Shown piece after piece: positions 28,214-37,603 of a stretch of 64,000 nucleotides of DNA (positions are counted from its first letter, which is position 1; each line of letters begins with the position of its first letter). This DNA comes from a virus. Below the pieces are notes generated by a model. It was given only the letters and a program-made list of their open reading frames with translations. It did not search any database and was not told the DNA's origin. The stretch is from IMG/VR virus record IMGVR_UViG_3300033153_015023, positions 1 through 64,000 of that record. The stretch is one strand, 5' to 3'. The translations under genes were made by a program, and so were the position numbers.

Positions 28214-28552
28214 ATGAGTAGAAAACTATTATTTTCTGTAACTAAGAAAGACTTAAAGATAACTTGGTTCTCCGGTAAAGGTGGTGGAGGACAGTATAGG
28301 AATAAGCACCAAAACTGTTGTAGAATTCAGCATGAAGATAGTGGAGTAACTGTAACCGGTCAAGATGAAAGGAGTCAGAAGCAGAATTTGAAGAATGCTT
28401 TTTTGAGACTGACAAAACATCCTGATTTTAAGAAGTGGTTGAGAATAAAGGCGTCGGAAATGACGTTGGATAAGATTGAGTTTGAAAGGGAAGTGCAAAG
28501 GGCTGTAGATGAAATGATGAAATCAGAAAATCTAAAGATAGAGTATTTTTAA
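28214..28552 (+). CDS. Peptide chain release factor-like (RF-1 domain/ArfB-like) peptidyl-tRNA hydrolase
   Basis: SGKGGGGQYRNK...RIQH..SG...ERSQKQN. Confidence 0.85.
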   Translation: MSRKLLFSVTKKDLKITWFSGKGGGGQYRNKHQNCCRIQHEDSGVTVTGQDERSQKQNLKNAFLRLTKHPDFKKWLRIKASEMTLDKIEFEREVQRAVDEMMKSENLKIEYF

Positions 28553-28563
28553 GGAGGAATAGT

Positions 28564-28767
28564 ATGTTAGAATGGACAGAAGAAAAACCGCAGAATGAAG
28601 GTAGATATCTTTTCAAATCTTGGAAAGAGTGGAGGGTGTGTGTAGTAGAAGTTCATTACGGAAAGTGGCAGAGCGCTCAAAATCCTGATTGGCTTTATGC
28701 TACTACCGATCCTATAGATAGTATGAAAGGTCAGTGGTACGGACCTATTCCGGAGCCGTTGAAATGA
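28564..28767 (+). CDS. Hypothetical protein
   Basis: AGGAGG SD; WTEEKP..GRY...WYGPIPEP. Confidence 0.65.
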   Translation: MLEWTEEKPQNEGRYLFKSWKEWRVCVVEVHYGKWQSAQNPDWLYATTDPIDSMKGQWYGPIPEPLK

Positions 28768-29027
28768 TTCCTAATATGGTTCATCCTCTAAGTAAGCATT
28801 GGGATCAGCCTAGTAGAAAAGATATTGCAATAGACGATATGTATGCACTTATGGGCAGGGAATCTTTTCAACAATTAAAAAGATATTCTACGTCAATCCC
28901 TACTGGAATTTATGAAGGTAAGATGTGGAAAGCAAGAATTGGAGGCAAATGGTTTTTGAGATGGTTTGGAATTGAAAATAAAGAGGGGTTATTGCCACTT
29001 CTGATTAGAGAGATAATTGTAGTGTAG
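28734..29027 (+). CDS. Hypothetical phage protein (start probably 28764)
   Basis: YSTSIPTGIYEGKMWKA motif. Confidence 0.65.
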   Translation: MVRTYSGAVEMIPNMVHPLSKHWDQPSRKDIAIDDMYALMGRESFQQLKRYSTSIPTGIYEGKMWKARIGGKWFLRWFGIENKEGLLPLLIREIIVV

Positions 29028-29045
29028 AGCGAAGGAGCGCGAAAA

Positions 29046-29252
29046 ATGAGTGATAGTATGAGTGAAGAAATTAAAATCTTCGATCAACTAAAGAATTTGG
29101 CTGATGGTATTATTGATAATATTAGTAATATATCAGATGAAGAGATCATCGAAGAAGTAAGAGAAGAGCATAATGATCCCGAATTCGAAGCTAATATCAT
29201 GCGAGATATCATTAAAGAAGTAAAAGGTAAGATGGAGAGAGGGGATGAGTGA
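29046..29252 (+). CDS. Hypothetical acidic protein
   Basis: AAGGAG SD. Confidence 0.55.
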   Translation: MSDSMSEEIKIFDQLKNLADGIIDNISNISDEEIIEEVREEHNDPEFEANIMRDIIKEVKGKMERGDE

Positions 29253-29521
29253 AATACAATTAATAAATAAACTAGATGTGCCTCTCTATATAGATGTAAT
29301 ATGTTATGGTTGTAAAAGACGTGTAGCATTATCAAATACACATGAATTTAAATTGATACTATTATAGTGGCAGTTAGGAACTGGAGTATTGCTAGACGTT
29401 TAGAAATATTAGAACACAAAACAGGTATATCAAGGAGAAAACTGAAAAAGTTTGTATGGTAAGGATTTTTACTGATTGAGGAAGAGTGTGTAAAAATAAA
29501 TCAATTTAAAACATAACTTGG

Positions 29522-30928
29522 TTGGAAATAATGAGAAGGATAAAATTAGATTATAGGGATAAAATACTTTGTGGTGATACATTGGAGGTTTTAAAAAGTA
29601 TGGAGGCTGGTATTGTAGATATGTGTATAACATCCCCGCCATACTGGGGCTTAAGAGATTACGGCACGGCACAATGGGAAGGTGGGGATAATGGATGTGA
29701 TCATATAAAAGAATATGCTAGAGCAAACGAATCATTGAAAAATAGTACCCTAGGGCCTTTAAAAAAAGGGCTAGGGGCTAACAATGCGGCTCATATTGCA
29801 CAAGAAAAACAATATGGAAAAACTTGCCTTAAATGCGGCGCTATCCGAATAGATAAGCAACTCGGCCTTGAACCGACCATCGATGAATATATCAGCAACA
29901 TGACGGCAGTATTCGAGGAAGTGAAAAGGGTGCTGAAGGATACGGGAGTACTTTTTTTAAATATGGGGGATGCTTATGCGAGTGCCAATAGTTGTCGTAT
30001 CATTGATGGTAATGGGCGAGCAGGTTTATCATATAATAGCACACCACCCCATAAACGTTCTAATAGATTAGCGAGTAATATTAAAGAAAAAGACCTGATC
30101 GGCCAACCCTGGCGCCTTGCTTTCGCTCTCCAGGCCGACGGATGGTATCTTCGCAGCGATATTATCTGGCATAAGCCCAATCCCATGCCTGAGAGCGTAA
30201 CTGATAGACCAACCAAGAGTCATGAGTATCTATTCCTGCTCACTAAGAAAAGCAAGTATTTTTATGATGCGGATGCGGTGAGGGAAGAGCATAAGGAAAT
30301 CAGCATAAAGAGAAGTCATAGAAAATGGGATGGTAATAGGGATATAGGGTCCATTAAGCCTTCTTGGTCAACCTTGAAGGCAGAGAATATGTGTCATCCC
30401 GCTGGCCGCAACAAGCGCACTGTCTGGACTATAGCAACACAAGCATATTCTGGAGCCCACTTCGCAACTTTTCCCGAAAAACTTGTAGAACCATGTATCC
30501 GTGCTGGAACCAGTGAGAAGGGTAACTGTGCTGAATGCGGCAAGCCGTGGGTGCGGATGGTGGAGAAAACAGATCCTCCCCGGCGTGATGTGAATAGTAC
30601 ATATCCCGGCAGGCAAACCCTTGCGACTCAAAAATATAAACATGATGAATCGGGTCCCGTAAAGCATACCATCGGCTGGAAACCTTCCTGCTCCTGCGGT
30701 GCGGATACCGTGCGGCCTATTGTACTTGACCCATTCATGGGCAGCGGGACCGTCGGCCTAGTAGCGAAAAAGCTGAATCGGGATTATGTTGGCATAGAAT
30801 TAAATCCAGAATATATTAAAATGGCGGAAAAACGGATCCGGGGGCAGATGGGATTATTTGTAAAAAATAATGAGCCTTCAGTTAAGATAAAAAAGAAAAG
30901 AAGAATAAGAATGAGTATAGGAATATGA
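29522..30928 (+). CDS. DNA methyltransferase (N4-C/N6-A, beta class) with Cys-rich inserts (start probably 29531)
   Basis: TSPPYWGLRDY, IIWHKPNPMPES, HFATFP, LDPFMGSGT. Confidence 0.92.
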   Translation: MEIMRRIKLDYRDKILCGDTLEVLKSMEAGIVDMCITSPPYWGLRDYGTAQWEGGDNGCDHIKEYARANESLKNSTLGPLKKGLGANNAAHIAQEKQYGKTCLKCGAIRIDKQLGLEPTIDEYISNMTAVFEEVKRVLKDTGVLFLNMGDAYASANSCRIIDGNGRAGLSYNSTPPHKRSNRLASNIKEKDLIGQPWRLAFALQADGWYLRSDIIWHKPNPMPESVTDRPTKSHEYLFLLTKKSKYFYDADAVREEHKEISIKRSHRKWDGNRDIGSIKPSWSTLKAENMCHPAGRNKRTVWTIATQAYSGAHFATFPEKLVEPCIRAGTSEKGNCAECGKPWVRMVEKTDPPRRDVNSTYPGRQTLATQKYKHDESGPVKHTIGWKPSCSCGADTVRPIVLDPFMGSGTVGLVAKKLNRDYVGIELNPEYIKMAEKRIRGQMGLFVKNNEPSVKIKKKRRIRMSIGI

Positions 30929-30949
30929 TCAATTCCTTTATATTCCCTA

Positions 30950-30967
30950 TGTTTTTATGTTATTATG
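30950..30967. repeat. 18-bp direct repeat, left copy
   Basis: TGTTTTTATGTTATTATG, identical to 32646-32663. Confidence 0.65.
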
Positions 30968-31001
30968 AAGTTTAGAAAATATATTTTTAAAAGAGAGTAT
31001 T

Positions 31002-31202
31002 ATGAAACTTGGAAAAATAGTAGAAGGATTGAGGGATAAAAGTTTCCCTTTTTCAGTACGTATTGCTTGTGAAGGTAAAGAGTATATAGAACTAGATGTT
31101 TTTAAAGAGTTTCAAGGGAAACTCAAGACACGTACAGAGACAGATATTATAAAAATATTAAAATCTATTCGTGGGCCGTCTTCTAGCATTACAATTATAT
31201 AA
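31002..31202 (+). pseudogene. N-terminal fragment of a ParB-like domain, split from the downstream MTase
   Basis: EFQGKLKTRT..IIKILKSI breaks off; the domain resumes as GRLLAL..AKQKLLRLNSRYG in another frame. Confidence 0.6.
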
Positions 31203-32244
31203 GAAGATAGGTGGAAAAATACCTAAATTACCTGCTTGTCGAATAGAGGCTAGAAATGAAGCGGATGCAAAACAAAAATTATTACGGCTTAATAGTAGAT
31301 ATGGTATAATTGATTTTGATGGTATGAGTGAGTTTGTTAATGATATGGAAATTAATATTGATGATTTAGCGTTACCTGATATTAATATAGATGATTTAAA
31401 AGTATTATTAACTGGTGAAGAAGGTACAAAAGCTGATGATGAGCTGCCTGAAGATATCCTTGTAATATCTAAGTTAGGTGATTTATGGGAATTAAATAAT
31501 CATAGGATACTATGTGGGGATAGTACGGACGCTGAACAGGTTGGAAAACTGATGGCTGGAGAGAAGGCGGACATGGTGTTCACCGATCCGCCTTATGGGA
31601 TGTTTTTAGATGCTGATTATTCGAGCATGGAAGGGATAGGGAAAGGGAATAAATACAGCAATGTTAAAGGAGACCATAAAGATTTTAACCCTGAATTAAT
31701 CAACTCAATTTTTATAAACTTTTCGTATTGCAGAGAAATATTTTTATGGGGAGCCGATTATTATGCCGAATTGATCCCGAAAAGAAATAAAGGTTGTTTT
31801 ATCGTATGGGATAAAATGAAAGGCGGAGAAGGTGCCAATGATAAATATGATAAAATGTTCGGGAGCAATTTCGAATTGTGCTGGAGTAAAACAAGACATA
31901 AAAGGGCGATTGCAAGAGTCTTATGGAAAGGCATATTTGGATTAGAAAAAGAACACGATCACAAAAGGCATCATCCCACCCAGAAACCGACAGAGCTTGT
32001 TTTATGGTTTTTGGATAAATTCTCAAAAAACAATAAACCGATCACCGACCCCTTCCTCGGCTCCGGCTCTACCCTCATCGCCTGTGAGAAAACCGATCGC
32101 ATCTGCTACGGCATGGAAATCGAACCGCACTATGTAGATGTATCTGTTCGTAGATGGATTGATTGGTGTAAACAAAATAATAGAGCTATAAAAATAAAAC
32201 TGAATGGGAAGATTGTAAAAGAAGATATATTGATAAATAAGTAA
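31171..32244 (+). CDS. DNA methyltransferase with partial ParB-like N-terminus
   Basis: GDLWELNNHRILCGDST, TDPPYG, HPTQKP, DPFLGSGSTLIACE. Confidence 0.85.
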   Translation: MGRLLALQLYKKIGGKIPKLPACRIEARNEADAKQKLLRLNSRYGIIDFDGMSEFVNDMEINIDDLALPDINIDDLKVLLTGEEGTKADDELPEDILVISKLGDLWELNNHRILCGDSTDAEQVGKLMAGEKADMVFTDPPYGMFLDADYSSMEGIGKGNKYSNVKGDHKDFNPELINSIFINFSYCREIFLWGADYYAELIPKRNKGCFIVWDKMKGGEGANDKYDKMFGSNFELCWSKTRHKRAIARVLWKGIFGLEKEHDHKRHHPTQKPTELVLWFLDKFSKNNKPITDPFLGSGSTLIACEKTDRICYGMEIEPHYVDVSVRRWIDWCKQNNRAIKIKLNGKIVKEDILINK

Positions 32245-32275
32245 AAAGTTATTATGTTAATATATGAGGTAAGAG

Positions 32276-32635
32276 ATGGTAATTAAATTAACAGAAGATT
32301 TAGAAAAACAAATATGCACATATGTAGGGCAGGGAAATACGTTTGAAAGAGCATGTAGATTGGTAGGTTTAAATGATAAAATATATAGGTTATGGAAAAC
32401 ACGAGGTGAAAAGGAAAAGAGTGGTAAATATTTTAAGTTACTACAAAATGCAAAAGTTGCTGAAGATAAATATAAAGCGTTTAATATTGCAACTATTCTA
32501 ACTGCTGCAAAGGGTGGATCATGGCAGGCATCAGCATGGTTACTTGAACGTAATTATCCTGTAGAATTTGGTAAACAACAGCATACTTGTTCTAATAGTA
32601 GCACAAAAATGGCTAAAAATGCTGGTTTAGAATAA
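32276..32635 (+). CDS. Terminase small subunit-like HTH protein
   Basis: KLT...GNTFERAC...WQASAWLLER motif typical of genes preceding terL. Confidence 0.65.
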   Translation: MVIKLTEDLEKQICTYVGQGNTFERACRLVGLNDKIYRLWKTRGEKEKSGKYFKLLQNAKVAEDKYKAFNIATILTAAKGGSWQASAWLLERNYPVEFGKQQHTCSNSSTKMAKNAGLE

Positions 32636-32645
32636 GATTTCTTTG

Positions 32646-32663
32646 TGTTTTTATGTTATTATG
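32646..32663. repeat. 18-bp direct repeat, right copy
   Basis: TGTTTTTATGTTATTATG. Confidence 0.65.
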
Positions 32664-32743
32664 GATCATATTTGATTAAAAAACGTTTATTATTATATAG
32701 AATTTGATTGTTTTTTAGTCTTTGTTAGAGGAATAGGGATAAA

Positions 32744-33220
32744 ATGAAATTATCTGATAGGCAAAAAATAGCAGCTCGATTGATGGCAGCAGGGGTTTCT
32801 CAAGTAAGAATTGCTGAGCGGTTAGGAGTAGACCCTAATACTGTTCATCTTTGGAGAAAGAAAAAACCTTTTCGTAAAGAATGGGATTTCTGGAGAAGGA
32901 AGGGTGTAGAAGTTTTTGAAAAACGAATGGAACAATTACTTGGGCTTGGAGCAGACAGGGTAACGGATATTTTATTAGATGGTAAAGATAATGATGCACT
33001 AACAGCTTTTGATAAAGTTATGAGAGCTACTGGGAGGTATAAAGACAAGATAATTGTTGAGGAACCTAAGCCGGAGGAGGATCCGATTGAGCAAATCAGA
33101 GGCATTGTTAGAGATATCAACGATACTCTCGGAATCCCAGATACAAAAGTGGGAGAAGAAGATAGCAAAACTGAAGAAGGCAGGCGACCCAGACAGCTTG
33201 ATGAAAGCAACTCTAAGTGA
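32744..33220 (+). CDS. HTH protein, probable terminase small subunit
   Basis: LSDRQKIAA...IAERLGVDPNTVHLWRKK..F; overlaps terL. Confidence 0.7.
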   Translation: MKLSDRQKIAARLMAAGVSQVRIAERLGVDPNTVHLWRKKKPFRKEWDFWRRKGVEVFEKRMEQLLGLGADRVTDILLDGKDNDALTAFDKVMRATGRYKDKIIVEEPKPEEDPIEQIRGIVRDINDTLGIPDTKVGEEDSKTEEGRRPRQLDESNSK

Positions 33221-34889
33221 AGATAAATTTAACGAGTTAATAGATTTCCATATAGAGATAAAAAAAGTACATCAAGAAGAGAAAATATTAAAAAGATATG
33301 AAACAGATCCGGCTACTTTTATAAATAACGAATGTTGGGTTTTCAACCCAGATAAAAGTCCATCTATTCTTAGATTTAAACTATATGATTATCAGAGAGA
33401 ATTTGTTAAAAAACTATATAAAAAGTATTTGAACCAAGAAAATATATTGGATGAAAAAACAAGGCAGATGGGATTAAGCTGGTTATACATGGCTTTTTTC
33501 TTATGGGGATTACTATTTGATCCAGGTTTTTCTGGCTTTGTAATGTCATATAAAGAGAAGTTGGTTGATGATGGTGGTTCAGAATCTACAATAGATAGTT
33601 TACTTGGCAAACTTAGATTTATGAATGATTATCTTGGTAGGGATAGTGAGAGTAAAATCATTAATGAAGATATAAGCAGACTGAGCCAGGAACTTCATTT
33701 TAAATATCTTAGAATTAACAATAAAACAACTGGTGCATATTTAGTCGGCTCAAGTGCTAATCCTAATGCTGGTAGAGGAGGTAGTTATAGAATAGGTCTT
33801 TGGGATGAGACTGCATCTACTCCTAAATCAGAAATCATCTTTCCTGCGTTTCATCAAGCAGTGAGATGTCAGTGTTTAAATAGTACAGTTAGAGGTAAAG
33901 GGAATGTCTTTGCAAGACTTCGACACACACCGGATTCCGACTATGAAGTTGTAACACTACACTGGGCTTTGCATCCGGAGAAAGCGGAAGGGATGACGTG
34001 GGAGAATGGGAAGCCGACTTCTCCCTGGTATGAAAAACAATGTCTTGATCTTTCCCCAACACAGGTAGCACAGGAAATTGATATTGATTATGAAGCATCT
34101 GTTGAAGGAAGAGTTTACGATAAGTTTAGTAGATTAGTACATGTAAGAACGCTAGACTTTAATCCAGATTGGAAGAGCAGTTCGATTATTGCTTGGGACT
34201 TAGGTGTATCTGATGAGACGTTTGGTAGTGTAATGCAGATGGATAATCAAGGTAGTATTGGCGTTATAGATGAGATAGTAGGAACAGATGAAGAGATTTC
34301 GTTTTATATAGGTTTGATTTGTGGAGTTGAACCTGCGGAGTTGAAGTTTATGTCTGCGGATAGAAAGAAGATGTATTTAGACTTTTTAACTCGATCTCGA
34401 AAGTTTGGATATAGAGATTTGATTCAAGTTGCAGGACCAGATGCTGTTCAGCGTAGTATAACTTCAAAGAGATCTGTTAGAGATCAGTTTTTGAGAGCCG
34501 GTTCGTTAGGAAGAGATTCACAGGGTAAAATTACTGATCGTCGGTATAGGAACTTAAGGATGATTCCTCTAACTGGCTATAAGATAATGGATCGGATTAT
34601 TGCTGCAAAGAAGTTGATGAATCCTCAAAATAATCATTTAGTTATTTCAGATAGATGTGTTAATTTAATAGAACGATTGTTAAACTATAAGTGGACAAAA
34701 ACAACTGAAGGGATGAATAAAGAGTCTCCAGAGCATGATTGGGCAAGTCACGGAAGTGACTCATTTGGATATGGAATTTTGTGGTATATGAAACATAGAA
34801 GTGTTTTGAGAAAACCATTACTAGGAGAAACAAGATCAAGGGGGCAAAGGCAGGGAATAATTTCAGTAATGAAGGTAGGTACAAAATAA
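33054..34889 (+). CDS. terL: Terminase large subunit (start uncertain)
   Basis: LYDYQ, EKTRQMGLSW, WDE, STVRG, AWDLGVSD, HDWASHGSDSFGY. Confidence 0.92.
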   Translation: MLRNLSRRRIRLSKSEALLEISTILSESQIQKWEKKIAKLKKAGDPDSLMKATLSEDKFNELIDFHIEIKKVHQEEKILKRYETDPATFINNECWVFNPDKSPSILRFKLYDYQREFVKKLYKKYLNQENILDEKTRQMGLSWLYMAFFLWGLLFDPGFSGFVMSYKEKLVDDGGSESTIDSLLGKLRFMNDYLGRDSESKIINEDISRLSQELHFKYLRINNKTTGAYLVGSSANPNAGRGGSYRIGLWDETASTPKSEIIFPAFHQAVRCQCLNSTVRGKGNVFARLRHTPDSDYEVVTLHWALHPEKAEGMTWENGKPTSPWYEKQCLDLSPTQVAQEIDIDYEASVEGRVYDKFSRLVHVRTLDFNPDWKSSSIIAWDLGVSDETFGSVMQMDNQGSIGVIDEIVGTDEEISFYIGLICGVEPAELKFMSADRKKMYLDFLTRSRKFGYRDLIQVAGPDAVQRSITSKRSVRDQFLRAGSLGRDSQGKITDRRYRNLRMIPLTGYKIMDRIIAAKKLMNPQNNHLVISDRCVNLIERLLNYKWTKTTEGMNKESPEHDWASHGSDSFGYGILWYMKHRSVLRKPLLGETRSRGQRQGIISVMKVGTK

Positions 34890-35098
34890 ATGTAAAGAAA
34901 TTTGGTTAAAGATATGTATTATAGAGTAGAGAGGTAATATAAAATGGAAGCAAGACTTGAAGTTAGTTATGATGGATTCGATCCAAAACTTGATGAGAAG
35001 ATTATAGAGATCATGAAAAAAATTGATGCTGAATGGTATATATCGGGGTATGATCATAAAACAAAAAGACGAGATATTTGTTTTGATTTGGAGGTAAA

Positions 35099-35416
35099 AT
35101 GAAAAGACCGGAGAAGGTGAAGTTGGGATGGAAGGAATTAGAGATTACATACAAACCGCATGTGATTTCAGAAGACGGAAAGGATTGTTTTGGTTTGGCT
35201 CAATATCATAAGGGAGTGATCTTTATTTCTGAAGATCACTATACTGAGGCAAATCTAAAGATCAGGGGTTTGCTTCATGAGCTGCTGCATATGATCGACT
35301 TTCACTATGCAACCGAGCTTTCGGAAGCACAGGTATCTATGCTTGCAATTGGATTGGGAGATCTCTCTGCACAGAATCCAGGATTGATGAAATACATATT
35401 TGAGGATATGAAATGA
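35099..35416 (+). CDS. HExxH metallopeptidase-like phage protein
   Basis: LLHELLH...EAQV motif. Confidence 0.65.
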   Translation: MKRPEKVKLGWKELEITYKPHVISEDGKDCFGLAQYHKGVIFISEDHYTEANLKIRGLLHELLHMIDFHYATELSEAQVSMLAIGLGDLSAQNPGLMKYIFEDMK

Positions 35417-36363
35417 TTGACGTTGCTCTTGTAGGTTGCGGACGAATATCTAAAAGGCATGTTGAGGCAATTTCAGCTACACGCGGCATTCGTATCAATA
35501 TGGTATGTGATATTGATAAAGTGAGAGCACATGCACTTGCAGGTCCACTTGGTGTTTCATATTCAACAGATATGCAAATGATTCACGAAGCAGATGTAAT
35601 TGTAGTTGCAACTCCCTCAGGTCATCATCCGAAGCACGTAATCAGTATAGCAGAGAATTGTAGCGTGAAGTACATTCTCTGTGAGAAACCTCTTTCGCTT
35701 ACCGTTAGGGAAGCTATTGAGATGTATAATTTTACAGAGAAGAAGGGTAAGTGTCTGTTGCCTATTTATCAGAATCGATATAATCCAATCATTCAGTACA
35801 TGAAGCAATTTCTGACTAATAGAAGGTTAGGAACGATTTATCAAGTAATTGTAAATGTGTTATGGAATAGGGATGATGAGTATTATAAAATTGGTTGGCA
35901 TGGGACAAGAGATCTTGATGGAGGCGTTCTATATACACAAGCAAGTCATTATGTGGATATGTTACTCTACCTCTTCGGACCAATTTCAGAAGCGAAAGGA
36001 TTCGGAACTCATCGGAGAGGTTGGGAAGTTGATGATTCGGTTTCTGCGACAATCCGGTTTGGAGAGGGTGCCGTTGCGAGTCTAAATGCTACCGTTAGCG
36101 TATACGAAAAGAACTTTCTTACTGAGATGACAATAATTGGTGAGGAAGGTACTGTTCGACTTTCTGGAACAAATTTGAATGAGGTTGATTTTTGGAACGT
36201 TGAAGGAATGAAGAAACCTGATATCGATTTCAAGCAGGATCACATTTATGGTAAAGGACACGATGCTGTGTATAAGTATATTGTCGATGAGAATTGGAAA
36301 ATGTTTCCGGCAAAACAGGAAGTGATAGATGGAATTTCATTAATGGAGAAATTATCTTTTTAG
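35413..36363 (+). CDS. Gfo/Idh/MocA oxidoreductase, WbpB/WlbA-like NDP-sugar 3-dehydrogenase
   Basis: [33 protein letters not shown]. Confidence 0.85.
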   Translation: MIDVALVGCGRISKRHVEAISATRGIRINMVCDIDKVRAHALAGPLGVSYSTDMQMIHEADVIVVATPSGHHPKHVISIAENCSVKYILCEKPLSLTVREAIEMYNFTEKKGKCLLPIYQNRYNPIIQYMKQFLTNRRLGTIYQVIVNVLWNRDDEYYKIGWHGTRDLDGGVLYTQASHYVDMLLYLFGPISEAKGFGTHRRGWEVDDSVSATIRFGEGAVASLNATVSVYEKNFLTEMTIIGEEGTVRLSGTNLNEVDFWNVEGMKKPDIDFKQDHIYGKGHDAVYKYIVDENWKMFPAKQEVIDGISLMEKLSF

Positions 36364-36371
36364 GAGGTTGC

Positions 36372-36905
36372 ATGCAGGGTTATTTTATTCATGAAAGTAG
36401 TTATATCGACAGCAACGTTGATATTGGAGATGGTACAAAGATATGGCATTTCTCTCATATTTTAGAGGGAGTGCGAATTGGAAAAAATTGTACTATAGGG
36501 CAGAATGTAATGATTGGTCCAGACGTTGAAATAGGAGATGGATGTAAGATCCAGAACAATGTTTCTATTTATAAAGGAGTTACTTTAGAGGACGGTGTCT
36601 TTTGTGGACCATCATGCGTATTTACAAATGTTATCAATCCACGGGCTTTCATTGATAGGAGGAGAGAGCTTAAACCGACTCTCGTTAAGACGGGAGCAAC
36701 TCTCGGAGCTAATTGTACAATTATTTGCGGCGTTACAATTGGTGAGTATGTAATGGTAGCTGCCGGAGCTGTTGTAACAAAAGACGTTCCTGATTATGCA
36801 TTGGTTATAGGAGTTCCTGCTCGAAATATAGGTTGGGTATCGAAAGAAGGAATAAGAGTAAAGAAAACACCATGTAAACAGGTATTATATAATAGAAGGA
36901 GGTAG
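36372..36905 (+). CDS. Hexapeptide N-acetyltransferase, WbpD/WlbB-like
   Basis: [30 protein letters not shown]; AGGAGG SD before 36372. Confidence 0.88.
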   Translation: MQGYFIHESSYIDSNVDIGDGTKIWHFSHILEGVRIGKNCTIGQNVMIGPDVEIGDGCKIQNNVSIYKGVTLEDGVFCGPSCVFTNVINPRAFIDRRRELKPTLVKTGATLGANCTIICGVTIGEYVMVAAGAVVTKDVPDYALVIGVPARNIGWVSKEGIRVKKTPCKQVLYNRRR

Positions 36906-37099
36906 AGAGGTTTGAATAGGGATCTTAAAAAGGTTAGAGAAATTGGAATAATTAGATGGTTGCTGATTTCTCTAACCGAAGGAGAAGCCAATGAAGTAGT
37001 GAAAGCTCGCGAGAGTATAAATCAAGAACTTGTTTTATAGATTAAAGTATTTCGTTGCGGAAAATCGAAAGCAATTTGTAGTGAGATTGTGAGTAGGGT

Positions 37100-37217
37100 A
37101 GCAAGGTGGTGGAATTGGTAGACACTAAAAAGCGCAAGATGTAGCGACCTTGCGGTGTCCGATTAAGTTACGGTTCGATAAGAAAACGTCTTGCAGGTTC
37201 GACTCCTGCCTTTGCTA
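37100..37217 (+). ncRNA. tRNA-like RNA with non-canonical central domain
   Basis: Acceptor AGCAAGG/CTTTGCT-A, Leu-type D arm GTGGAATTGGTAGACAC, T arm GCAGGTTCGACTCCTGC; ~65 nt in place of the anticodon/variable arms. Confidence 0.65.
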
Positions 37218-37279
37218 TAGCTTCTTCTTACAATATAGAGGAAGCAGTTCTCCCGACATCAATTGTTTGAGGAATTTGG

Positions 37280-37439
37280 AGCTGTGAAAGGTATTGGCAG
37301 TACCTGGGTAAAGCTTATTCAGCTGCCACTGAGTAAGTGAGGATCTAATAAAGTGGTCACCTCTACTAGAATTGGAAACTGGAAGAGGAGCTGTTATTGA
37401 AGGCAGCGGTTGCCTGTGGTGGTAAGCAGGCTCACAGTT
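37280..37439 (+). ncRNA. Putative multi-branched structured RNA
   Basis: Closing stem agctgtga/tcacagtt enclosing several hairpins. Confidence 0.45.
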
Positions 37440-37459
37440 TTTATTTAGAGGAGAATAAA

Positions 37460-37603
37460 ATGCTTTGCAAATGGTCTCACGGACGCGATGTATATGAGTT
37501 TGATGCAAATACGAAAGCAGAAGAAATACAGAAGATAAGAGGGCTTGCAAAGGCTCAAGGTTGGAAGTTTAAAGATATGAAGAAGGAAAATAGCAATGAA
37601 TAA
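37460..37603 (+). CDS. Small hypothetical protein
   Basis: GAGGAG SD before ATG 37460. Confidence 0.55.
   Translation: MLCKWSHGRDVYEFDANTKAEEIQKIRGLAKAQGWKFKDMKKENSNE

Noticed and set aside
28214-28552. Stop-codon reassignment suggested by the release-factor-like gene
   Set aside because: Conserved genes are full length in the standard code and end in TAA, TAG and TGA.
34808-34817. GAGAAAACCA copy inside terL
   Set aside because: Single copy with no partner repeat at 18-nt spacing; likely chance.
37218-37250. Theta/HDV-like ribozyme after the tRNA-like element
   Set aside because: Only a simple hairpin (gcttcttc/gaggaagc); no nested double pseudoknot found.
37352-37360. Match to the first unit's spacer (agtggtcac) as a self-target
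   Set aside because: The adjacent sequence does not match the partner spacer in either orientation; a 9-mer hit in 64 kb is unremarkable.
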